Part shown: positions 9,939 through 16,698 of the stretch, one piece after another
How positions within the stretch are numbered: position 1 is the stretch's first letter
How the letters are laid out: every line of letters starts with the position of its first letter
From: a virus
Taxonomy: Duplodnaviria > Caudoviricetes
Virus record (IMG/VR): IMGVR_UViG_3300045120_000032
Span: 1 to 59,324 of that record
DNA: 59,324 bases
Strand: one strand, 5' to 3'
The notes under the pieces: generated by a model
What the model was told of the DNA's origin: nothing
Database searches by the model: none
What the model saw: the letters and a program-made list of their open reading frames with translations, nothing else
Position numbers and translations under genes: made by a program

Positions 9939-10024
9939 TCGTCGTCAGGATCAGTGGGTTCGGGTGTCGGCTCAGGCTCAGGTGTGGGTGTCGGCTCAGG
10001 CGTTTCGTCATGCTTGAAGATCAT
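9935..10024 (-). CDS. Small Pro/Glu/Thr-repeat peptide (29 aa)
   Basis: Strong SD AAGGAGG; MIFKHDETPEPTPTPEPEPTPEPTDPDDE. Confidence 0.5.
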   Translation of the reverse strand: MIFKHDETPEPTPTPEPEPTPEPTDPDDE

Positions 10025-10033
10025 GGTGCCTCC

Positions 10034-10432
10034 TTATTTGTCTGATGTCTCGTCTGCGGTGGGTGTCATTTGTAGAGAGGATAGCAGATCCTTGATAGGA
10101 TCACCTTCCAGGCGAGCATCCTCAAGCGCCTCTTTCACGATAAACGTGGAAGCTCGCAGCCTGATGGAATCCGAGGAAGAATTGGCACTCAACCAAACGA
10201 TCTGAGCTGCCGCATCTGGGAGGTTCTGCCGGAAGAACTTCCGTGTGTACTTGTCAACGTTACTGATGGGGTCGTCGAGGTGGGAAATGCTGGTTTGTTC
10301 GTCCTCGCGAGAAAACTCCTCTTGCAGAGCCTTTGCGTAGTTTTCACGCATGGCTTTGATTTCGGGATCTGTGGGGCCAAAGTTGAGTGGTGTGGAATCG
10401 TCGGGTGTGTCTGGTGTGTCGTCTGTAGGCAT
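10034..10432 (-). CDS. terS: Probable terminase small subunit
   Basis: First gene of the late arm upstream of terL; helical motif SDSIRLRASTFI; SD GGAGG. Confidence 0.55.
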   Translation of the reverse strand: MPTDDTPDTPDDSTPLNFGPTDPEIKAMRENYAKALQEEFSREDEQTSISHLDDPISNVDKYTRKFFRQNLPDAAAQIVWLSANSSSDSIRLRASTFIVKEALEDARLEGDPIKDLLSSLQMTPTADETSDK

Positions 10433-10711
10433 GAGGTAACCTCCGATCTGGCTGCGGGCATTGTAGCAGACTACTTTTTCTGATTTGACTGAGTACCGAT
10501 TTTGTGGGACAAATGCACATCTGAGTAATCTAACGTGTGACGTGTTTGCAAACCTATTTTTGTGCGGTACATTTAAAAGAACGGTTCCCCCTAGCCGGCC
10601 GCCTGCATACTATACAGTCTCTATGCATAGTATGCAGGCGGTTTGGGCAGGTGGTCGACCACCTACGCCCACGTGACGCGCCCCGTGTAGGGCGCGTCAC
10701 GTGTAGGGCGT

Positions 10712-11638
10712 CTACCCTTGCGCGGCCGTCGGATCAGCTACGCCCAGGATCGCCGCGTAGCGTTGGACATCCGACGTGGGCGTGACACCTGACGTGGGCG
10801 TGTCTGACGTGGGCGTATCCTCGTCCACGTGGACAGGCAGGATGGCGCCCCACGTGGGCGCGTCCACGGGCGCGACACGCGGCACGTACTCTCCCCACTT
10901 CGCGTGTCCAGGGTACGCCCCGTGAATGTCCACGCCCCACGGTGCGGTATGCAGGACACGGTAGGTTGCGAGCATTGGGCGCGTGAGGATTGCGTCCATT
11001 GCGTCCATGCCGTAGCGCGTGACGCCCGGTAGCGTCGCGTGTCCCACGGTCGTCAGATTGCGCAGCGCCCACGGGTCACCATGGGCGTCACGTGACGTGA
11101 CACGTGCAGCGCTTGGGGCGCGCTTGACGTGTCCACGCCCACGCTCAGCGGCGCGTGTCTCACGGGCGTTTATCACCTCCGGCTGCGACCATTCGTCCCA
11201 CGCCCCGTCCCGCGTGGGCTGCACGATGCCTGCACGGGCGTATGCAGCTGCGACACGCCCACCCCGCTTGGCGTCCAGGTAGCGCTTGTCTGCCGCTTCG
11301 ATTGCGTCCAGTAGCGCGACACGTTCACGGTTCACGATGTCCAGGTAGGCGCGTACCGTCCAGCGCTGCATACGGGCGTGTCCAGGCGTCCACGTCAGGC
11401 GTCCAGGCATCCAGTCGTACCGTGCAGGGCGCGTGGGGCGCGACTCGTCCACGTGGGGCGTGGGCGTCCACGTGGGCGTGTACGTGGGCGTCCAGGTGTC
11501 CAGTGTGGACACGGGCGCGTACACCTGACGTGACGTGTCCGACGTGGACGGTATTGCCCACGTGGGCGTGGGACACGCGGCAGCATTGACACGGGCGATT
11601 AGCCGCGCCTGCCGCTTGACTGATTCAAACATGTCCAT
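10712..11638 (-). CDS. Low-complexity hypothetical protein (TPT-repeat rich), may be real or a by-product of the repeat block
   Basis: 308 aa from ATG 11638 (MDMFESVKRQ) with GGAG 7 nt upstream; composition is driven by the DNA motif. Confidence 0.4.
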   Translation of the reverse strand: MDMFESVKRQARLIARVNAAACPTPTWAIPSTSDTSRQVYAPVSTLDTWTPTYTPTWTPTPHVDESRPTRPARYDWMPGRLTWTPGHARMQRWTVRAYLDIVNRERVALLDAIEAADKRYLDAKRGGRVAAAYARAGIVQPTRDGAWDEWSQPEVINARETRAAERGRGHVKRAPSAARVTSRDAHGDPWALRNLTTVGHATLPGVTRYGMDAMDAILTRPMLATYRVLHTAPWGVDIHGAYPGHAKWGEYVPRVAPVDAPTWGAILPVHVDEDTPTSDTPTSGVTPTSDVQRYAAILGVADPTAAQG

Positions 11639-11857
11639 TGCTGTACTCCATTCCCGCGCCCCGCGTGGGGCGCGACTCGATTGGTGAGATTCCAGCGTAC
11701 CTGACGTGGGCGTGACACGTGCATAGGGCGTGTCACGTGTCGATTCCACGTGTCCTGCATACGTCACGTGGGACACGCCCCAAATAGTGCCCATTTGCAG
11801 GTAAAACGCCTGCGAGCGGTTTAGAGTCAACTAGTGCCACTTGGGGGGTGCTACGCG

Positions 11858-11887
11858 TTACAGAGGCTTACAGAGCCTTACAGAGGC
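11858..11887 (+). repeat. Tandem 10-mer TTACAGAG(G/C)C x3
   Basis: Seen directly. Confidence 0.85.
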
Positions 11888-11928
11888 ATTGTAGGCATTG
11901 CCTACGTGATGAGATTGTTAGGCGAGAT

Positions 11929-11973
11929 TTCATACTATGCTTACGTTTGGGATTCGGGGGGTAGGCGTACCTT
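11929..11973 (+). promoter_or_regulatory. Repeated promoter-like module, copy 1
   Basis: TTCATA-N5-CTTACG, 22 nt, TACCTT. Confidence 0.5.
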
Positions 11974-12044
11974 GGAGTGTGCAGGGCGAGAGGATACGCC
12001 CTGGAGGGTACGGTAGGACACGGGGCGCGTATGCGCCACGTGGA

Positions 12045-12097
12045 CTAGTCGTGTCCTGCATTAGTCGTGTGCGCGATTAGTCGTGTGCGCGATTAGG
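12045..12097 (+). repeat. Tandem 16-mer TTAGTCGTGTGCGCGA (2 exact + 1 degenerate)
   Basis: Seen directly. Confidence 0.85.
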
Positions 12098-12171
12098 TGG
12101 CCGGCTACCTAGCCTGCCCGATACACGACATTTTTGTCGTGAATCGGATGTCGTGAAATGAGATTCGCGAC

Positions 12172-12216
12172 TTCACACACTCCTTACATTTGAGTGTACA
12201 GGCCGCCGGCTACCTT
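12172..12216 (+). promoter_or_regulatory. Repeated promoter-like module, copy 2
   Basis: TTCACA-CACTC-CTTACA, 22 nt, TACCTT. Confidence 0.55.
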
Positions 12217-12278
12217 GAATAGTGCAAGCCCGAACAAACGCCCCCCGCAAGTAAAGGCAAGCACAGGAGGTGAAAAGT

Positions 12279-12398
12279 TTGGCTTGGATCGCAAGCCCCA
12301 CGTTTGTATGGGCGTGGGTTGGATTCTGGCTGCCAGTAACACTGGCAGTAGGGATCTACGCGCAAGTTGGTATCTGGCGCAAGCGCGACAGACACTAA
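12279..12398 (+). CDS. Small Trp-rich membrane peptide (39 aa)
   Basis: SD AGGAGGTG, TTG start; MAWIASPTFVWAWVGFWLPVTLAVGIYAQVGIWRKRDRH. Confidence 0.6.
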   Translation: MAWIASPTFVWAWVGFWLPVTLAVGIYAQVGIWRKRDRH

Positions 12399-12438
12399 CA
12401 CACTCCATACATTTCAGTCGCAAGCTGACTGGCACTAT
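12395..12438 (+). promoter_or_regulatory. Repeated promoter-like module, copy 3
   Basis: CTAACA-CACTC-CATACA, 21 nt, CACTAT. Confidence 0.6.
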
Positions 12439-12466
12439 GGAGTGTAGTAAGGCAAGCGCAAGGCGC

Positions 12467-12574
12467 TTGTTAGGTGCAAGACAACACGCTGTGATAACCG
12501 CGTGCGTCCACAGATGGCCGGCCACATAAGGCTGGGATACGTGAGATAGCGCAGCCCCGTGTTGCACCTAACAA
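12467..12574 (+). ncRNA. Putative structured ncRNA A (stem-enclosed)
   Basis: TTGTTAGGTGCAA/TTGCACCTAACAA 13-bp helix; internal CTGTG/CACAG and GGCTG/CAGCC hairpins; no ORF with an SD. Confidence 0.55.
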
Positions 12575-12611
12575 ACTCCTTACGTTTGAGATGGAGTGAG
12601 TAAGGCACTAT
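12568..12611 (+). promoter_or_regulatory. Repeated promoter-like module, copy 4
   Basis: CTAACA-AACTC-CTTACG, 21 nt, CACTAT; GAGTAAGGCACTATGTAGTTAGTA shared with copy 5. Confidence 0.65.
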
Positions 12612-12663
12612 GTAGTTAGTAAGCAAGTGAGAGCGTGCAAAGCATGCTTTTCAGGCATGGCGC

Positions 12664-12830
12664 TTGTAAACTGCAAGTCAAAATCCACGTAATGCCCTGT
12701 AAGGCGCCAATCGGGTTGTGGTCTGAAGTCTGTGATAAATCGGTAGCCTTCCTCGGGGACGGGTGAAGCCCCCATAAACGGACAAAATACCGTAAGGCAC
12801 AGGTGAGCAGATAAGACTTGCAGTTTACAA
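12664..12830 (+). ncRNA. Putative structured ncRNA B (stem-enclosed)
   Basis: TTGTAAACTGCAAGTC/GACTTGCAGTTTACAA 16-bp perfect helix around 135 nt with GNRA-type hairpins. Confidence 0.55.
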
Positions 12831-12867
12831 ACTCCATACACTTGAAAAGTGTGGAGTAAGGCACTAT
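12824..12867 (+). promoter_or_regulatory. Repeated promoter-like module, copy 5
   Basis: TTTACA-AACTC-CATACA, 21 nt, CACTAT. Confidence 0.65.
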
Positions 12868-12893
12868 GTAGTTAGTAGGAAGGAGGTGAGGTA

Positions 12894-13151
12894 ATGGGAC
12901 TCACAGTAAGTCAGATAAGTGATCTGATGGCGCCGGTCAAGCATAGGGCGCCTAAGACGAACGCCCTGGTAAGGGTTGCGGGTGAAGCAAGACTTGAGAA
13001 TCAACAAGTCAAGCCCGCTCAGTTCGGTCGCTTCGAGGGCAAGCAGGGTACGAAGCGCAGATCCCGCAAGGGACTGGTCAGAACGATGCCCAATGGCTAC
13101 GTGTTCTACAACGGCGTCACAGACACAGAAGTGGTCGCGTACCGGGCGTAA
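12894..13151 (+). CDS. Basic hypothetical early protein
   Basis: Perfect SD AAGGAGGTG; 85 aa, K/R-rich. Confidence 0.7.
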   Translation: MGLTVSQISDLMAPVKHRAPKTNALVRVAGEARLENQQVKPAQFGRFEGKQGTKRRSRKGLVRTMPNGYVFYNGVTDTEVVAYRA

Positions 13152-13383
13152 GCCAGCTCTGGTACGAACACCACCTTAGAACAGTCGAACAGATTGTAAA
13201 GGTGGTGTAAGGAACGATCCAATCCACGTGCCAAAATCCCTGCAAATGGGGGGTTTTGGTGTTGTCAAGATTGGCACTTCTGAAACTCTGAAAGTCTGCT
13301 CCCCCGGAAAAAGGAGATAACTAGAAATAGCTATATATAACTAAGTAGTAGTTGTAGTAAGTGTAGTATGAAAACCGGGCGAT

Positions 13384-13397
13384 CGAACATACGTTCG
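13384..13397. promoter_or_regulatory. LexA (SOS) box
   Basis: CGAACATACGTTCG matches the Gram-positive/actinobacterial consensus CGAAC-N4-GTTCG. Confidence 0.8.
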
Positions 13398-13444
13398 CGT
13401 TGCAGAGGCGCTGTCTAGAAAATCTAAGTGGCCCCTGCGCAAGG

Positions 13445-13458
13445 CGAACACACGTTCG
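13445..13458. promoter_or_regulatory. LexA (SOS) box
   Basis: CGAACACACGTTCG, a second perfect copy 61 bp downstream. Confidence 0.8.
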
Positions 13459-13503
13459 CTTGTCTTGACGCAGTTGACTTCAATGGAAGGAAGGAGTAAA
13501 ATC

Positions 13504-13599
13504 GTGTCTCAGAAGAAGATCAAAGCGGCGATCCAACATCCCAAGCAGAGCAATCTCGGCTCGCTTGGTGTGGCACTTCTCGCCGCAGCCAAGAAGTAG
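13504..13599 (+). CDS. Small peptide (31 aa)
   Basis: SD AAGGAAGGAG, GTG start; MSQKKIKAAIQHPKQSNLGSLGVALLAAAKK. Confidence 0.55.
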   Translation: MSQKKIKAAIQHPKQSNLGSLGVALLAAAKK

Positions 13600-13608
13600 C
13601 AAACCCGT

Positions 13609-13760
13609 AAGGGTTTGTAAAGCACACGGTTGTATTCTACCAAGACCCAAGATATCCAGTATCCCTATGGGTAACGCTGGTTACGCTTGGTGAGGATGGC
13701 GCGGCATGAATACCCGCGTGGGTTCAAATCCCACAATGGCCGTGTGCTTTACAAACCCTT
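13609..13760 (+). ncRNA. Putative tRNA-like ncRNA C with T-arm, enclosed by a 21-bp helix
   Basis: AAGGGTTTGTAAAGCACACGG/CCGTGTGCTTTACAAACCCTT; T-arm GTGGG-TTCAAAT-CCCAC at 13718-13734. Confidence 0.65.
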
Positions 13761-13817
13761 GCTATCTTGCATAGGGTCGCTTTACAAACCAACAACAAGA
13801 AGGAGAACTAAACAAAC

Positions 13818-14213
13818 ATGCCCCTGCTTCATCCGTCGCAGCGCAAGTCCTTCACGATCACGAAGGACACCGCTGTTTGGCTTGCCAGCCAGCTCGCAAA
13901 TGGCCGCAAGCTTCGTTTCCAGTCTTACGCGAATCGCAACTGGGTCGCCAAGATTGCGCGCACTCGGTATGGTGTCGATACCAAGTCGTATGTCACGAAG
14001 GATCAGCTTTTCGATCCGTCGTCTACGGTGGAAGGCTTCGATATCGAGCCGGGTAGCTCGCACTACATGAACCTCTACTGCGCCGAGATGGTCGCTATCT
14101 CACAGCCGGCGTTCATCAAGCCCGAGCCTGCTACCACGCCTACCACTACTTACATGAACGGTAACATCGTTCGTGTGCCCACGTACAACCGGCGCGAGGA
14201 TTACGTCCGCTAG
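13818..14213 (+). CDS. Hypothetical protein
   Basis: SD AAGGAG; 131 aa; phage-like codon use. Confidence 0.75.
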   Translation: MPLLHPSQRKSFTITKDTAVWLASQLANGRKLRFQSYANRNWVAKIARTRYGVDTKSYVTKDQLFDPSSTVEGFDIEPGSSHYMNLYCAEMVAISQPAFIKPEPATTPTTTYMNGNIVRVPTYNRREDYVR

Positions 14214-14237
14214 AAACCACATGTAAGGAGGAAGTGA

Positions 14238-14399
14238 ATGTCTGTCATCGTCTGGGATATGAACGTGCAAGCTTACATGACTGTCCATTGGGGCAGCCGT
14301 GGGTCTTGTGAGAACTACATCAAGACCCGCAAGCTTGTAGGTGACAGGCGTACCTTCCTGCTTCGCCCCGCAACATTCATCAACGAGCCGCTTTACTAG
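14238..14399 (+). CDS. Small hypothetical protein (53 aa)
   Basis: SD AAGGAGG; MSVIVWDMNVQAYMTVHWGS... Confidence 0.65.
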   Translation: MSVIVWDMNVQAYMTVHWGSRGSCENYIKTRKLVGDRRTFLLRPATFINEPLY

Positions 14400-14532
14400 G
14401 CTCGTCAAGCTAGTCTGACTTCCAACGTGAAAGGCGATTAGTTCGGGCCAAGCTCATCACGAGAGCCTCTGGTACTCCCCTATGAAAGCATACTCAACGT
14501 AATCGGCCTCAGGCTAGCTTGACAAGCCTAGT
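14395..14532 (+). ncRNA. Putative structured ncRNA D (stem-enclosed)
   Basis: 24-position helix ACTAGGCTCGTCAAGCTAGTCTGA/TCAGGCTAGCTTGACAAGCCTAGT (1 mismatch, 1 G-U); internal GATTA/TAATC, GCTC/GAGC and TATG-AAAG-CATA. Confidence 0.6.
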
Positions 14533-14568
14533 GAGCACCGCTAGGTGTCAACAAAGGAGGGTTTACAA

Positions 14569-14685
14569 ATGTACGTCCACAACGACGCGCAGGCCATCTA
14601 CACGCGCGGTGTCCTCAAGGGCAACATCAAGAACTGGCGCATGGCGTGGGCCATCCGGCAGGCCAAGCGCAACAACAAGGCATAG
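14569..14685 (+). CDS. Small hypothetical protein (38 aa)
   Basis: SD AAGGAGG; MYVHNDAQAIYTRG... Confidence 0.6.
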   Translation: MYVHNDAQAIYTRGVLKGNIKNWRMAWAIRQAKRNNKA

Positions 14686-14691
14686 CCAACC

Positions 14692-14862
14692 ATGAGAGAG
14701 AAGCCCTGCAAGGTGATGCACAAGGTGGGTACTGGCTATACCTGCAACATCTACAAGTCCGGTGCTGTCTTTATCAAGGACAAGCACTCAACTCTCTCAC
14801 ACAGGCAATACACTTCCGCAACGGAAGCACAAGCCCAGCTACGCAAGTCTGGCTGGCGGTAA
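14692..14862 (+). CDS. Small hypothetical protein (56 aa)
   Basis: ORF directly following the previous one; MREKPCKVMHKVG... Confidence 0.5.
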   Translation: MREKPCKVMHKVGTGYTCNIYKSGAVFIKDKHSTLSHRQYTSATEAQAQLRKSGWR

Positions 14863-14932
14863 CAAATGCAGCACAGTAGGGCACAGTAAGGGCCATGAGA
14901 TTTCTTAGCTAAGTTGACAACTTGGCTATCAT

Positions 14933-15063
14933 GCCCCCATAGCTCAAGGATAGAGCGCCGTTGGTAGCGGAGCTAGTCACTCTCATAAATCCAAGGTCAG
15001 TCTGACTAACTGACTACTCGACTGTTTCGAGCGGAGATTCGGGTTTGAATCCCGATGGGGGCT
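14933..15063 (+). ncRNA. tRNA-like RNA with 67 nt replacing the anticodon loop
   Basis: Acceptor GCCCCCA/TGGGGGC, D-arm GCTC-AAGGATA-GAGC, stem CCGTT/AGCGG, T-arm TCGGG-TTTGAAT-CCCGA. Confidence 0.75.
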
Positions 15064-15160
15064 GCTTACTGTCACAACGAGGCGTCAGAGAACCTGCCAT
15101 ACCAACGGTAACGGCAGCCACGCCTACCTACTGAGCGCAAAATCAAACACAACGAAAGGA

Positions 15161-15352
15161 GTGGCAAGCATGGTGTTCAAGGTCTACACAGACTTCGCAT
15201 ACGACAGCGAGCGTTACCTGATGGCTTACCACTTCGATCGTATGTGGAAGGACAGATATAAGCCTCACAACAGGACAAGCCTGCGTCAGAACATCGCAGC
15301 GCAGCGTAAGGAGAAGGATGTCTCTCTCACAACAGAGCACTACCTGTCCTAA
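15161..15352 (+). CDS. Hypothetical protein
   Basis: SD AAAGGAG; likely start ATG 15170. Confidence 0.55.
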   Translation: MASMVFKVYTDFAYDSERYLMAYHFDRMWKDRYKPHNRTSLRQNIAAQRKEKDVSLTTEHYLS

Positions 15353-15533
15353 CCTGCGACACTTGCGGCTGGAGCGTTACAACGGAAAGCTCGCACAAGT
15401 GCCCAACGCGATTGGTGACATCGTTTGCATGGGCTGTGGCGCAGATCACACAAGCCCAATCCACCGAACCGCTAGAGAGATTGCTGCTGACATAAGGCAG
15501 CACCTAATCCGACAAGGAGTGAACCTCAAGTGA
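15318..15533 (+). CDS. Hypothetical protein (CxxC..H)
   Basis: Coupled ORF with SD AAGGAG. Confidence 0.55.
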   Translation: MSLSQQSTTCPNLRHLRLERYNGKLAQVPNAIGDIVCMGCGADHTSPIHRTAREIAADIRQHLIRQGVNLK

Positions 15534-15772
15534 AAGACAGCTACAACGCAAACAGTGGTATCCAAGTGTTTGACACGCCTGACCAGATTGCGGCGTTTCA
15601 GCAGCTAGCACAGTACCACGCCTGTAAGCTGCAACTGCTAGGGATGCGGCATAGCAGCGGTAGAAGCATTATCGCGCATGTCAAGGCTACCTATGGCTTC
15701 AAGGGTAGCAACCAGTCAGTGGTCGATCAGTTCAAGCAGCACCTCATCAACGAAGGGATCATCAAGGCATGA
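15530..15772 (+). CDS. Hypothetical protein
   Basis: SD AAGGAG; overlapping start/stop with neighbours. Confidence 0.7.
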   Translation: MKDSYNANSGIQVFDTPDQIAAFQQLAQYHACKLQLLGMRHSSGRSIIAHVKATYGFKGSNQSVVDQFKQHLINEGIIKA

Positions 15773-16293
15773 CTGAATCAGGGCCAGTACCCAACGACAA
15801 GTGGTACAAGATCGGTGGTGTCCTAGCCGTTCATGGCTACTGCCACAGCAACCTCAAGACTGGCTGGTATCGGTGGCCTGACTTGACTCCCGAGAAGATC
15901 GCGTATCTGTCACAACTGGTGATCTTCGAGCCTAAGATGGAAGTGGAGGCTATCGGTTACGACCCTGATACCGGAGGCTTCACTCTCGTCAACAAGCTTG
16001 ACCCTCGTTACGATAGTCTCAAGGCTAAGTTCAATGAGGCCAATCGTGAGAGGGTCGAGTGGGCTAAGCGTGAATCTGAGAGGCGTCAACTGAACAAGGA
16101 ACTAGGTGAAATCGTCATGGCGCAGAAGAAGAAGAATCGTGAGAATGAGATCCTGCGCCAAGCTGCCACGATCATCTTCGCCAGGACACAAGAGAATCCT
16201 GGTAGCGTGGACATCAAGTTCAAGCCTGGTAGACCTGAGATGGTCAAGCTCACAAGCTTCATCCACGACGGGACTGGTGATACCAGTGAATGA
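15769..16293 (+). CDS. Hypothetical coiled-coil protein
   Basis: 174 aa, ATGA coupling. Confidence 0.7.
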   Translation: MTESGPVPNDKWYKIGGVLAVHGYCHSNLKTGWYRWPDLTPEKIAYLSQLVIFEPKMEVEAIGYDPDTGGFTLVNKLDPRYDSLKAKFNEANRERVEWAKRESERRQLNKELGEIVMAQKKKNRENEILRQAATIIFARTQENPGSVDIKFKPGRPEMVKLTSFIHDGTGDTSE

Positions 16294-16462
16294 CAAGCTG
16301 TGGTATGCGGAGCAGATCGCAAAGCTGAGTGATAAGCCTTGTGGTCTACCAATGGAGGGTAGAGAGACTGTCGCTAAGTGCGATCCTCCTGTGCGGCCTT
16401 TTGAGCGCCGGTGCTCCATGTGTAACAGGCTTGTATGGAAGTCTGACACAGGTGAATAACAC

Positions 16463-16548
16463 GGGAGTCTGACAGAACTGGATAATGTAGCGGGCTGTAA
16501 CCCCGCTGTCGTGGCTAACACGTGGAGGTTCAAATCCTCCGGCTCCCA
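16463..16548 (+). tRNA. tRNA-Tyr (GTA)
   Basis: GGGAGTC/GGCTCCC acceptor, GCGGG-CTGTAAC-CCCGC anticodon arm, long variable arm, GGAGG-TTCAAAT-CCTCC T-arm, discriminator A, no encoded CCA. Confidence 0.92.
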
Positions 16549-16549
16549 T

Positions 16550-16620
16550 TCAAGCCTACCACGCCCTATATGGTCACAAAACAAACGAGCGTGACCGGAC
16601 TACGGGAACGGTAGGCTTGA
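16550..16620 (+). other. Extended hairpin immediately 3' of tRNA-Tyr
   Basis: TCAAGCCTACC/GGTAGGCTTGA plus inner GGTCAC/GTGACC. Confidence 0.55.
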
Positions 16621-16624
16621 TCCT

Positions 16625-16668
16625 TTTACAAATTCCTTACATCTCAGCGTCCACGTGTCGTGTACTCT
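16625..16668 (+). promoter_or_regulatory. Repeated promoter-like module, copy 6
   Basis: TTTACA-AATTC-CTTACA, 21 nt, TACTCT, then GTAGATAGTAAGG as in the other copies. Confidence 0.6.
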
Positions 16669-16698
16669 GTAGATAGTAAGGCAACCCCCGCATGAAAG

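Larger units (their letters stand above)
10649..12042. repeat. GC-rich block saturated with CACGTG / ACGTGGGCG motifs and palindromes
   Basis: 14 CACGTG and 9 ACGTGGGCG copies counted by eye; palindrome AGGTGGTCGACCACCT at 10649-10664; 14-bp hairpin at 10670-10703. Confidence 0.85.

Noticed and set aside
12735-12795. HDV-like (theta) ribozyme suggested by CCTTCCTCGG and CGGTA/TACCG
   Set aside because: I could not build a convincing P1 or a short J4/2; it needs a descriptor search.
11929-12880. CRISPR or mini-CRISPR array
   Set aside because: The repeats are degenerate, spaced about 170-260 bp apart and promoter-shaped. There is no cas operon; the Cas4-like nuclease sits in a standard recombination module.
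13474-13502. Promoter TTGACT-17-TAAAAT
   Set aside because: Its start would fall inside the ORF beginning at 13504, and the spacer is better explained as that ORF's SD; left uncalled.
14933-15063. tmRNA, or a normal tRNA-Thr(GGT)/Met(CAT)
   Set aside because: No G3-U70 alanine identity or tag ORF. The GGT and CTCATAA loops lack a proper 5-bp anticodon stem in register.
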